NCBI RefSeq assembly: GCF_037042905.1
Contig: NC_087245.1
Span: 10,976,001-11,040,000, forward strand
Origin: Lytechinus pictus
Lineage: Eukaryota
Direction: 5' to 3'
Length of the DNA stretch: 64,000 nt
The position numbers were made by a program, and so were the translations under genes. This document shows, piece by piece, positions 21,526 to 34,959 of the stretch (positions are counted from its first letter, which is position 1; the number at the start of each line of letters is the position of its first letter). The notes under the pieces are model-generated. The model made no database searches. It worked only from the letters and a program-made list of their open reading frames with translations, and was not told the DNA's origin.

Positions 21526-23634
21526 TAGGTCCATATGTGACAGTATGAGTATACTCTAGTATACAGATCAGTGGGTTATACTACTAAGACGAAGTCCAAT
21601 ATCTCATTAATATTTTTTCTCAAAGAAAACTAACTATTACAAAACATTAAATTCGATCTTCTTTCATATCAGTCAATTACATTGACAATACAAAAAATGA
21701 ATTACCCCTCCAAAAAAAAAAAAAAACGTAGATCTACTGAAAATCACAAAAATACACGTCTACGCATATGTACTTGCAGAAGTGGACATCAGACTAGGGG
21801 GGGGGGGGCAAAGGGCCTCACAAAATAGGGTGGGGGACACAACGGGCTATGCCCCCCATAAAAAGATTATTTCAAAGTCTTGTATCTCAGTTATTGACAA
21901 AAGTATCCGCATAATTTTTTTTCTAAGTGTCTGTTAAAGTTTAAAACGTTTCTTCTCAAGGTTTGAAGCTCTAAATATAAAAAAAGAATGCGGCTCGCTC
22001 TTAAAAGGTTTCAGGATGACCCTGGAAGCAACCAGATTTTGGCGTACTAAACATTGTGAAATTGGCTTAAGAATTATGCGCTCTGCGTGATCTGAATACA
22101 TTAAAAAAAAATCAACAAATGAAGTTCTCAAATCTTCAAACAGATTGCATTAAGAGAGGTTACATTAAAATGTTTAATTCCGGTATTTCATTAAGAGGAT
22201 ACATTTAGATGTCTTACATTAAAGGATACTACATTAAGGGAGATATTATGATAGGAAAAAGTTGTTGAGAAAGTTGTCCCGAACCGGGGTCCCGAAAGTT
22301 CTATTCTCTTTTTTCTGATGGTGTTTAATTTTTTCATTCATGATAGTCTGAGAAGCAAACATGTTCGATATGCAAGGATGAACAAATAAATGATTCATAC
22401 ATCTTTCAATAAGTCATAATATTAAAATGCAAACGAAAACAGGAAGCAAGTTGAAATAAGAATTAAGAGGGTCACTACAGTATATTCCAGTAATAAATAC
22501 ATAAATAAATAAAAAATAAAAATGAATAAAAAAAATGGTGAGCAATATCACCCAAACTTACTTCCTTTGATTATCCTGGTCTATATTGTATAATGAAGTT
22601 ACTATTCATTGTTGATGCATAATCTGACACTCCTAAAGCTCACTCCTTCAAAAAAATATAAGGCAGTGTAATACCACGCAGAGTTATATTAAATGTCAGA
22701 TGTCAAAATATAGTTAAAATTAGTAGATAAGAATATTTTGATAATTTATCATGTTGTTTGTTAATTAAAATACCCCACTTTTTCATACAGTCATAATATG
22801 GGGTTATTTTCGGCTCATTCGATTTGATTCCTAGTTAGCATTGAATGTTTAATAATAAATAGATAATTTCCAATAAAATTCAATTAAGATTCTACTGAGA
22901 ACTTGATAGTTTTGAAAATATATGGGTGAGATTTCTGTGGGGGCAGAATTATTTGTTTTCATTTTACGGGTAAGCGCTTTCGAAAGTGATGATGACCCCT
23001 CTCCTCTTATCTTTTTTTGCTGTCATATTTTGTTTGCCCCTTTGATACTTGCATTTCGGCTTATATAATTATAACGGTATAACAAAAAAAGGATATGCTT
23101 TATAATCGTTGGATACTGGTTAGAATAGTAATTGAACATCAACTTTGTAACCGACAAGCAACAATTTTTTACCATTGCATCTTGGTTACAAAAGGTAAAA
23201 AAAGCATTATTTTTCTTATGATCGGATCAGTTTGGTTTTAAGATTTAACAAATATTTTATACCATTTTCTAAATTCTAATAATTCCAATTTTATCACAAA
23301 CGAAACCAAATAGTAACCTTTTATTACTTACAAATATATAAATCAGCTATATCTTACGGCTTGTTGATCTTTGGTATAAAATGAAATAGCTATGATTTTA
23401 ATGGTTGCATTATGCATTAGACAAGTGTAACCAAAACTAAATCATATGTATCATAATTGGAGTTTGGTTACAATTATAAGAAAAACTCCAATAACGATTT
23501 TTTTTAAAAATAACCGTTTACTTTCAAGCATGAATTTTCGGCCATTACGACATGTTACGAAATGTTACACACGTGACATGCGCGTGACGAGCTAAAAAAA
23601 CAACAATCTCCCAATATTCGAATACAAAGCATAA

Positions 23635-23865
23635 CGTGGTCCTGGGAAGGGGAGGGGTGCTGGGGCTGAAGCACCCCCGAAAATTCATTGTGGATGCTGA
23701 GTGTATTATTCTCCATACGCAGCACCCCATGTATTCTGGAAGATGTGTAAGAATAACAAATGTAACCAAAATGACCTTAATTTTGTCGTGAAAACTTTTT
23801 TTTTTGGTTTTCAAATTTACAACAGCACCCACAGTAAAGAAAAAAAGATCTTTCCCGGGGCCCTG
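23635..23865. mobile_element. hAT-like MITE
   Basis: Imperfect TIRs CGTGGTCCTGGGAA / TTCCCGGGGCCCTG with 8-bp TSD AAGCATAA. Related ends at ~24670, ~28901 and ~29353. Confidence 0.75.
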
Positions 23866-25422
23866 AAGCATAAATAGTGAAAATGAAGTAATCTTTCGTA
23901 TAATGCAATGCAACCTTCAAACCTGTTATGTGGGACTTTCCCAAGAAAAATCAGAAATCTTATTATTGTTATTCTTTTGCTTTCAAGTCGAATTCTTTCA
24001 ACAGACGAAGGAGCCGTGATCGAAGTTCCAGTCATTTGCCTTTCTCTTTGTGTTTACGCCTCTCCACTCTTTAAATTTTCTTCTCAGAATAGGTTGAAAA
24101 TTTTGGCTGTCTTCTCATTTTAGGGCTATTACGGAAATGACGTTCTGGATCAAGTTAATGATAATACTATAGACGTTTTGCCGCTCTAAATTGGATGGGA
24201 ATATCCTCTCACCATGGCCCAGAGTCGATTGACGAAAGGCGACTATCAACCGATGTGGGAGGGGTATCTGTCTCTGTTAGAAAAAAATGTGAGTAATCTA
24301 TAACATTGTCATCATGAGATGCGTAATTGCTCATGCGTTCTGGGCAATTAGCAGCGAGGAGAAGGGAACGATTTTATTTTTTTAAAGTTTATTTTTACAG
24401 GGGTTGCTGATGTAAATTTGACAAGCTAAAAAGGGTTTCACTTCGAAATGAAGGTAATTTTGGCTCAGAGAAATTAGACCCCCCCCCAAAAAAAAAAAGG
24501 GTTTCGCTGGGAAATGAAGAACATATTTTGGTTACATTTTTCTATTTTGACACAGCTACCAGAATTCCAGGCGATGCAACTGCCTATGGGGATCACAAAC
24601 ACAACACCCCCCGAAAGTGGGGGGGGGGGGGGGGGGTGCTTCAACTTCATCCCTCCTTCCCAGGGCCATGGGAGAAGAAGAGTGGGTGTTCCTTTAAAAT
24701 ACTGGAATTTCCACAATATACCAAAAGTGTTCACTAACCTTTTGATTTTGCCTCAATCGCTTTGCTCCGTCGTAATATGCTAGGTTCACACTGCCGATCA
24801 GATCAACTCGATCAATCACGATAAACCCCGATCACCCATTTTCCACGACAAACACATGCCGTTCCCTATGTACAGCTACTCGATCGTTTACGACCCACTT
24901 TCGACCATTTACGATTCCAACCGTTCCCCTTCTCGACAACCGCATCGATCTGTACTCGAACATACCGATCTTTACACGAACGATACACGATCTTTGTTTG
25001 TTCAATACTCGAACTCTACTCGACTGCGTAGACAAACTCGACCTCTAGACGATCTCTATATAAGAATTGATATTGGTTGGCGAAAGCAAATCGTAGCAGG
25101 CAAACAACATTTTGGGTCTGTCCAATAGCAGATCCAGGGGATGGCACATCCGGCTCTTGCCTCCTCCTTTGAAACCTTAAAAAAAAAATAAGAAAAAAAA
25201 AGAAAGGAGAGAAAGAGGGGGGGGGGGAGAAATATCAGAAAATGAATATAAAGAGAAAAGGAAAAGAAAAGGAAGGATCGATACAAGAAAAGAAAGGAAG
25301 GAGATGTAGAGGGGATAAGAAAAAAACGGAAGGAGGGAAAAAGAGCAGGAAAAATGGGGAAGGGAAAATGAAGGAAAGGAAGGGAAAGAGAGAGAGAGAG
25401 TAAATATTGAAATGAGAGAAAG

Positions 25423-25805
25423 GGTAAATTGTCAATTTGTCTCATGCCAACTCGTCCACTCACCACATGGTCTACCTTCATTTAGTCTAATGCCATTCCA
25501 TCCATCAATATTTCGTCCAACAACCATTTGGCCCAATAATCATTTCGTCCAATCATCACTTTCTCTAATCACCAGTTCGTCAATGACCATTTCGTCTCAT
25601 AGTCAGTTGGTCTATAATATCCATTTCATTTACATTCATTTCGCCCACTTACCACTTAGTCCAATTAGATGAAATGGTATATGGACTAAATGGCTATTGG
25701 AACAACTGGATATTAGACGAAATGGTGAGTGGACGGAATTGCAATTAGACCATGTGAATAGTGGACGAACTGATGGTAGACCAAATGATAGTAGACGAGT
25801 TAGTA
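25423..25805. repeat. Dispersed inverted-repeat element, copy 1
   Basis: Short CGTC/GGTCTA motifs on the left are mirrored by TAGAC/GGAC motifs on the right. Homologous to 61708-62085. Confidence 0.7.
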
Positions 25806-26241
25806 ATAGGACGAAAATAAACCAGAGAAAGATATGCAGAAAAAGGGATAGGGAGACGGGAAGAAAGGGAAGGGAAAATAGAGCGAAATAGAAGCAAAAG
25901 AAGGAGGAGACAGAGATGGGGAAGAGAAGAAAACGTGAGAAAGAGAGTTAAAAAGGAAAGTCTCTGCCACTATAGGTGTAGGTTTATGATAAACGATAGT
26001 GCTCATTGAGCTATTTTAATTTAGAACGTTTGTTACTATAATCATTATCATTATCATTGTTATTATTATTAGTAGTATTATCATTATTATAATTATCATC
26101 ATCTCTCTAATATCATCTCTCCTCTTTTTTCCAGGGAAGCACTCATTTAATTTTCAAGCAATATTGGATAATTATACGACATTGTAAACTAATAAGGCCA
26201 GGTGTTTCATCAACACTTTTCGTCTGAAAGTTGTCAGATCT

Positions 26242-26390
26242 AGGGGCCCGTTGCAGAAAGAGTTGCAATCAATCGTAACTCTAAAAATCAAGCGCAACTT
26301 GATTTTCAACCAATCAACAACGCGCATTTGGGACTTGCGATTGATTTTTTGACTTGCGTTTAAACGCAACTCTTTCTGCAACGGACCCCT
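26242..26390. mobile_element. Palindromic MITE nested in an older element
   Basis: AGGGGCCCGTTGCAGAAAGAGTTGC...GCAACTCTTTCTGCAACGGACCCCT, interrupting the palindrome AAAGTTGTCAGATCTGACAACTTT. Confidence 0.75.
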
Positions 26391-29352
26391 GACAACTTTT
26401 TTTTTATTTTGACTATAGTTGAGAATCACACCCGTTTTTATTGACCAATCCCATTCTCCCAGATCCTTATAAACGTCTGTCCTCGAATGCCACCTTTTCA
26501 TGTTAAATTCCCGTTCCCAAGCGCCCCCCTTTGCAGAGAGAAATCTTGTTTTTAAGCCTCCCGTAATCTCGTTTAATAGCAAATTGAGTTCTTAAGGTTA
26601 TGGTTTCAGATTCTGAGGCCGCACACCGTTACCCTATCCAAATCCGAGTGCCACCGGGCACATTTTGTGTCGTAACTTTCGGATTAAACATACAAGTCCT
26701 TTCATGAAACTTTCTCTTGAAGTCAGTTTCAATTTTGCCCTAAAGATTTTGTTTTAATGCATTCGTTTTAAACATTTGCCTCCCGCAGTCTTGTGTTTGT
26801 GCAGAGTGCAGACATTTTTACTCAAAACAGCAACCTTGTTCAAATTTAGTTGTTTTATGGAAATAATGGCACACAATACATAATAGAGAGGTGTCATGTA
26901 CGTGAGGATATTCTTTAGGAGAACTTGAAATGGCGCCATTATATCGCAGTTGTGCTTGCTGTTTCGACATCCAGCTGTGGGAACAAAAGGGTACCTTTTT
27001 AGTACAAACAAAACACTTTAAGTTATTGAATATGTGCCATATCTAGAGGCGCAATGAGTCAATTTTGCTCTTCAAACAAATTTGGGGGGGGGGGGGCACA
27101 ACAAGACAAATGGGGCAAAATATCTAATTTGTCGTGAGTGAGCAAATGTTATTTCTACCATTTTAACGGAAGTTCAATTTTGTCAAGATTTGGACACAAC
27201 ATCAAGAAAATTACATCATATTGTCCATTTTAGCTTTTCTCCAATCCCCTTTTTTCTGGGGGGGGGGGGGTTCCAGTGCCCCAAGCCCCATCCCCCCATT
27301 TCTATTTCTACGCCAGTTGCCATATCCAAAATGTCCCATACACAAACTGATCCATATACCATATCGTTGGGGGAAGGGGTATTATACAGATAATAAATTT
27401 GTACAAGCACTCTCCTTTCAATTACTTTGCTTTCTTCTATTGCCCTTATTTTCTTCTTTCTCTCCCTTTTATAAAATTGTTTTTATCACTTAAGATAATT
27501 CACGCTAGGTTCCCTTGTCCCTCATAGTACCATCCCTGATCCATATCAACAGAAAATCGTGTTATATGCTTTCAAAAATCTCATACGACATTGCGCAAGC
27601 GTTTTCAAATATCTACCAAGAGTAGATTATTAAAAATTGATTTTGCGTATGCCACGCATTGATAAAATGACAAATTTCAGTATAAAAGAAAAGATAATTT
27701 TTTTAAACAGTTATATGATTTCTAACAATACTCATGATCTATAAATATCTTCCCATGTAGACCTAATCTTACACAATTGCGCATAAACACTTTGGATTTG
27801 AAATTTTTGTTGACCTATTAAACCAAACAAACATCAATCATACATAATCACCAAAACATTTCATCATGCTATATACTCCTAGTTTACACAGCAGACAAAC
27901 AATATGAAAAAGCGAAGTAGCACCAAGCAGTGGAGTAGGCGAAAGAATACTATTAATACTTAAACCACACAGCTCCGTATATGCAGTTCTGTGAAGAATA
28001 CATGCATAATTATTGTATTAATTAACATGAGTATAGTTTTTTTTGTATCAAGTTCTTGAGAATGGATCGAAAGGCTTACGATATTGACATTTGGCAACTG
28101 CTATGCAAGATGAATTTATCACAGAATAAGGTCTATAACGAATATCCACTGGTACTTGCCCATTAACAAACATAATAATTGATCACAAAAGCCCTACAGT
28201 TATGATTTCTGTCAATTATACTCACAACCGGGCATTATGACGTCCGGGGATTTGCCCCCTCCCCCTCTTTGGGACATCATTTTCTTATCTTTATTGGTGT
28301 ATAAGAGAGGGAACATAACGATAAAGCGTGCAAATCGAAATGAAATTTTAATTCATATTATGACATTTCTTACAAATTTTGCCCATGAAACAACAACAAC
28401 AAAAATATACACGGAATTAAGAGATAGAGATGATCAAGAGAGGATTTTAACACAAACAGTTTTCTGTTTACTTAGTTTTATCATGGACCTATTCGTAATA
28501 GGTCCATGGTTTTATGGATAACCGACTGTAGACCAATCAGATACCCTTTTTTACTTTTATTTTGGAGCTCTGATTATCTACCTCTATCGCTCCACTGTGA
28601 ATCTTCTCATAGATCATTGTCGAAAAGCGACCGCGGTCATCCGGAGGCTTGATTTGATTTGATGTATTTATTTCCACATTCCAATAACAACAGTATATAC
28701 AAGTGTAATCATTTTTTCTTAGCATAACATAACAATAAGCAATTGACTTAATGAATAAAATATGCATATATACATTCTAATAATCTAATTGAAATATACT
28801 TATACCCGACAATTTCTTTTTTATTGTTTAACCAAATAGCAGATTTTTTTTTTTTTGTATACATATATCGACATAATACATTTTGAAATGTGGGAGACCT
28901 CAGGGACCTGGGAATCGGGGGTGCTGGGAGTGCTGAAGCACCCCCAGAAATTTTCCTGGGGGTGCTGCGTGTATTATTTTCCATAGGCAGCACCCCCACG
29001 AAATCAGGTTCCCCCCTGTATTTTTTAAAATATATTATAATGTACATAATGATCACATCCGACAATCGCAAATCATTTACATAGTCTTTCACATATTCCA
29101 ATAACATCCCTATCCTATAACGGGACTCAATCAAGCTCCGGCATTCCGATACAGACGTGGTCGCGCGCGATACGCGATAACCATAGTTTACACACTACTC
29201 GATAGCAGGGAGGGACATATGGGATATGGGTGTGGTTGTACTTGAAACTTCCAGGTTTTATTGTCGAATCAAGTGCGACCGCCCGTGTTTTGTATAAACA
29301 ATTACAAGTCAGACAATAGAAATCAAATTTCACAGTCTTTTTCTCCCTGCCC

Positions 29353-31412
29353 CATGGCCCTGGGAAGCGGGGGTGCTGGGGGTGAAGCACCCCCAAAATT
29401 TTGGGGTGCTGCATGTGTTATATTCCATAGGCAGCACCTCCTGGAAAGCTAGTGGTAGGTATGATAAATGACAGAAATGTAATAAAAATAAACAACGTTT
29501 TGTAGAACCCCCCCTTCAGAATTTTCCGACACAGTACTTAAAATAGTGTTTAAATTCACCCTTTTTCAGATCAGAATATCAAATATTTTCTGCTCGCGCT
29601 TCGCGTTCGTATTATAGATTTTTATAATAAAAAAATGTATTTAGAATGCCCAGATACTAGGTCTAACTCTAAACACGCGCACGCATGTTTATTCAGATAC
29701 GTAGCTTGTTTTGGGGGTACTCCGGGCTGAAAATATTTATATCAAATACATTTTATCAAAATAAATAAATTTTTAAAATCTGATAACAAATAGTTAAGTT
29801 ATTTAATTCTACAGTTTAGTAATGAAATGGTGATATGCATGTCGTCATGAATATTCAATAGGTGGGTTGACATGGGCGGATATCTGTCCCCAAAGGTAGG
29901 GGGACCACGGCCTGTACAATTTGACAAGCAAAAAAAAAAAGGTTATCACCCTAAATGTAAGGTCATTTTAACCCTAAAAAATTGACAAGTCCCCCCCCCC
30001 CAAAAAAAAAAGTTTTCACCCAAAATGTAAGGTCATTTAGTCAAAAATACATGTATTATTTCGATTGTGAAGTGATGTATTTTTCTCCATCATGAAAGAC
30101 CAAAAATAGTAGGGGGACATTTGATATTGTGTCCCCCTACTATTTTTGCTAGGGGGGACACGTCCCCCTGTCCCCTCTGGGATTTCCGCCCATGTGGGTT
30201 GACGATGTCACATCCCCACTATCCTGTTTCCTGTGTTATTACATAGAATCAAAATTGTTTCATTTTGTTCATACCAGTGTGAATGATATGTCTCCCTTAT
30301 AATGAAATAAGATGCAGCAAAGAATATTTAATGGACTAAATCAGTTGTCAATTCAACTGTTTTTGGTTCTTTAAGGGAAAAGATTGAATAAAACTAATTC
30401 TATATAATGAAATACAAAAGAACAAGTGGGATATGACATCATCAGTTTGTTCATTGAATATTAATGAAGACATGCCTAAAACTGTTTCACCGGAATAATG
30501 CTAATCTTTAAAATGCAATAACTTTGATATTCCTTGTCGGATTTCGATCAAATCTTTATTTTTATGTTCGTCTGATTTTTCTTTATATGTTCAAACCATA
30601 TTACATTCAGTGCGGAGTTTCGGATCAGAATATTAAAAAAAATCTGCTCGCGCTTCGCGCTCACATTATTAATATCAGAATATTATCCAATTATCCAATA
30701 TCCAATTACCCATCATTTTCTTGATTTACAAAACATGAATAGAATGTCTCGTTTATAGGCCTGAAATCTCAATTTTGTTTCCGCTCGCATCAATTGTATA
30801 GTTATATACTTATCCTCTTCATAATTAGAAAAGTGCTTAGAATGTCTCGTTTTTTGGTCTGAAATCTCAATTTTGTTTCCGCTCGCGCTTCGCGTTCGCA
30901 TCAATTGTATAGTTATATACCTATCCTCTTCGTGATTAGAATAGTGTTTAGAATGTCTCGTTTTTTTGTCTGAAATCTCAATTTTGTTTCCGCTCGCATC
31001 GATTGTATATTTATATAATATCATGTTCATGATTACAAAAAGTGTTAGAATGTCCAGTATTTAGGTCGGAATGTCAAATTTTTCAGCTCGCGCTTCGCGC
31101 TCGCATTATTTGATTGTTGATATATGTATCGTCTTAATTGGTAACTGCAAACAGTCCTTATAACACGTCCCTTTCGATCAGGCCAGAGCGTATATAAAAA
31201 ATCATGATCACGTTCGCAGTTATTATTTGTTACATACACACCTTGTTCAGGACCATAAACATTGCTCAAAATGTTCAATTTTCAGGACAAAATACATGAA
31301 ATTCCCCCCCCCCCAAAAAAAAAAATAGCTCGCGCTTCGCGCTCGAGTTATCTTATTATATATCTATGTTCTTTTATAAGAAGAAAGCTAAGAAGTGACT
31401 GTCATATATATG

Positions 31413-31446
<34 letters not shown>

Positions 31447-31629
31447 GGTGGGTGTGATGGTGTGTGGGTGAGGGTGTGTGTGAGGGTGTGTGTAAGGTTG
31501 TGCGGGTGTGTATGTGGTGCCCTTAGATGTGTGTTGTGTGTGTAATTATGGAAAACTCAATTGTGCCCCCCCACCTTTGAGGAGAGATTTCAGCGCCCCC
31601 ACTGAAAAAAATCGTCCCAGGTCCCTGGG
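29353..31629. mobile_element. Composite nest of TIR elements with GCTCGCGCTTCGCGCTCGC repeats
   Basis: The outer element begins CATGGCCCTGGGAA and ends CCCAGGTCCCTG. It contains a Kolobok-like remnant (~29714-30620), ~117-bp tandem units (30740-31010) and TA/TG microsatellites. No outer TSD was found. Confidence 0.55.
29871..30194. mobile_element. hAT-like MITE nested in another element
   Basis: CATGGGCGGA...TCCGCCCATG with perfect 8-bp TSD TGGGTTGA. Confidence 0.85.
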
Positions 31630-31699
31630 AGACCTTCATCTTAAGCTTAGAGTTTGAAATTGATAAAGGCCTCAAAAGGAAAGGGGAAGGAAAACCAGA

Positions 31700-34400
31700 C
31701 AAACAGTGCAATAGTGCAATAAAAGTGACTTATCTTTTATTGCACAACATAATAGGAATATTACCAAAAAAGTAGATAGGGAAAGAAAAATTCAAATGAG
31801 AAAGTTATAATCATGTTGATAAAAGTGAAAGCGCAAGTGCAAGTGTGCGAGAGTGCAAGTGCGGGGGGGGGGATTGTAATATCGGTTGGTACGAAACACA
31901 CAGAGATTTTAGGTATTATATTGTATTTCTCTTCAAAACAGCCTTGAATTAATAAAGTGTAGAGCATAACTTAATGTCAGGTGATAAATTATTCCATAAA
32001 TCTGCACCGTGATGTCTAATTGATTTGTGTGCAATTATTAGTTTTGGATTTGTCAAATTAAATTTGTCAGAGTTTCGTGTTGGATAAGAGTGGATGGTGT
32101 TGTTGATTGTGAACATATTTTGAAAGGAAGGGGGAAGTATCCCCTTTTTGTATTTGAACATGAAGATAGCAGCTTGAAATTTATTTATATCTGAAATTTT
32201 CAATGTTCTTAGTTTAAAAAATAAAGGACTGGATCTAGCAAGATATTGTGATCCTGTACAAATGCGAACGGCTCTTTTTTGTAACAAGAAAATCGAATTA
32301 AGTTTTGTATTACCGCAGTTACCCCAAACCATGTTGCAATATGATATGTGAGGGAGAACCAAGACATTATAAAGAAGAAAAAGAGTTTTGGGAGGTAATA
32401 AGTATTTTAATTTGGAAATTATCCCAACACCTCTGGATACGGAAGTGGTGATTTTGGCGTAAATGATTATTCCACGATAAATTTTCATCAATAGTAACTC
32501 CCAAAAACTTTGAATGTTGTTTTTGTTGTAAGGTTACGCTGTCAATATTTATCGTTATTTCTTCGTTAACTTCACGGGTATTATAATGTTTAAAGTGCAT
32601 AAAATGTGTTTTGTTTATGTTTAAAGACAAATTTGTCGCATTTGAACCAAGTAGACACTTTACACAATTCATCATTTAAAGTAGATACTACAATTTCAAG
32701 TTTTGGTTGAGAATAAAAAATATTTGTATCATCTGCAAATAGGATAAAAGATAATAAGGGGGAAGTTTTCGATATATCATTGACGTATAATAGGAAAAGG
32801 AGCGGCCCCAAAATTGACCCCTGCGGCACACCACATTCTACAGTTTTTAAGGCTGAATCTATTCCATTAAATGTAACATATTGTTGTCTATTTGATAATT
32901 AATCTTCTATCCATCGATGTGCGTTGCCCCGTATTCCGTATAGATGTAGTTTATGAAGTAATATTTTGTGATTAGGTGTATCGAAAGCTTTGCTTAAATC
33001 CAAAAATATTGCAATAACATGTTCTTTGTTAGCAATCGCTTTTGTGATTTTGTCATAAATATTTACTAGTGCTAAGTCTGTCGAGTGATTTTTTCTAAAA
33101 CCGTATTGATTTGGGTTTAATAAATTATGCAAGTTTACAAAATTTTATAATCTTGTGTATATTATTTTATCTAAGATTTTTGATATGCTACAAAGAATAG
33201 AAATTGGGCGGTAATTACTTATTTCATGGGGGTCATCTTTTTTGTAGATTGGGGGTAACTTTTGCAATTTTGAGTAAATTCGGACAAATACCTGATGAAA
33301 TAGATTAATTAACAATATAACTTAATGGATCAACAATAGCATCATGAATAATTTCTTTAAGCATGGATGAACTTATCCTATCATGTCCTTGTGACTTACT
33401 AGAGTTTAAAGATTTTGTGATATTGATTATTTCAGTAGAGTTGGTGGGATTGAGAAAAAGAGAATGTTCGAATGGCGTTGAAATGAAATCAGTAAAATGG
33501 GCGTTGTTGCAATTACCTATTTGATTTGCTAGTTGGGGGCCGATGTTACTAAAAAGAGTTAAAGGACGAAGCATAAATGGATTGATCTGGGATTTTATCA
33601 CCGTGTAAAGTTAATTCATCTTCAGCATGTTCAGGTAATGGAGTATTTTTTCCCAATAATATCATTTATAACCCGCCACGTGGCCTTAGAATAAGCACTA
33701 ACTTTAGATAATTTGTCTGAATAATACATCTTTCGAGATATTCGTATCAGGTTTGTAAGTTTGTTACGATATTTCTTATATTTTTGTGTGTTTGTAGTTG
33801 TAGGTTTCTTTAAATGTAGTTTGTAAAGACTGTTTCTAGTATGAATTGATTTTAGAATCCCTTTAGTGATCCACGGGTTTTGAGCCTCTCTGGAATTTTG
33901 GCGCTTTCTTACAAATGGGACATTTTTATCGTAAAAATGCTGTAATTTAAGGTTAAATTTCTCATAAACAATATGCACGTTATTTTCACTGTAAACATCA
34001 TTCCAACTTTCTTCAATAAGATCCTGTTTAAATGATTCAAATCTTATTTCATTTCGAATTCGGAATTTTAAATTGTCGGAAACGTAAAAAGCAACACCAC
34101 CCCCTCTCCGTCCTACACGGTCAGCGCTAATCAAATAATATTTTGGTAAATTAAATAATGGAGGAGAATTTTCATTAAGCCAGGTTTCGCTTACACCAAT
34201 AACTGAAAATTGAAAATTGGTTGTCAACATTTTTGTTGAGGCTTCTAGAGTAAATATGTAAAAGGCTAAAGCTGTTTGATTTTGAAAACGAATCATTAAA
34301 TTCTGCCACTGTATAATATTTACTGCCATTGTTGAGTTGATCTATATCATGTCTGTGTTGTTGTCCATGTTAAGGGATGTGAGTTGGGAGTGCGTGCATG
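31700..34400 (-). mobile_element. Degenerate LINE (L2/CR1 group) ORF2: APE endonuclease plus reverse transcriptase
   Basis: Frameshifted ORFs contain VIGVSETWL, GGGVAFY, NPWITKGI, QYGFRKNHST, FLDLSKAFDT, PQGSILGPLLFLLYVND, LFADDT, KFLGVTID and YCNMVWG. Boundaries approximate. Confidence 0.92.
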
Positions 34401-34959
34401 TGCGTGTGTGTGTGCAGTCAAGTGGATGCGGAGGAGAAGGTTTCAGGATCGTCAAAAGAGATGACAATGCTGTACATGTACCAAAGGCTCTGTTGGTCAA
34501 TGCACCGCCGTAGGAATAAAGCACTAAATACCTGCAGCGAAAAATAAAAGAGTAAACTAAAGAAAACAAAAGAGAGTAAAAAAGGGAAAGAGGTGACCCA
34601 TCGGCGACCATCTCGTTGCTAAACGTACTTTTCTGCGATCTACAGAAGCTTTTTACGTGCCCCATCGCAACGTAGAAATGGCGAGATACATTATTTAGCT
34701 AAGTCAACATATACGTTGTATGTCATGGTGGTAATCTTACCATAATAATATGTTAAAATTAAATCTCTCGACAAGTCGATGGCACTTCAAATATTCCGTA
34801 GTGACGGGCCAGTTACCGCTGATATTTAACACCACGTTAAAACACGGTGACTGGTAGATACCTTAAAATCGATTGTGCTTAATCGCTCACCATTAGATTG
34901 TCCGTTAATTTCTGCTTAAAACCAGTCATCCGGTCTCAAAGTATTGGTATTCTGAGTTT

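Noticed and set aside
25056..25481. Hydrophobic ORFs here and at 41304-42239, 42641-43247, 51242-51502 and 60558-61016
   Set aside because: These are translations of purine/pyrimidine tracts, microsatellites and homopolymers.
34342..34665. 107-aa ORF as an independent gene or LINE ORF1
   Set aside because: It has no recognisable motifs and is probably LINE 5'/inter-ORF sequence.
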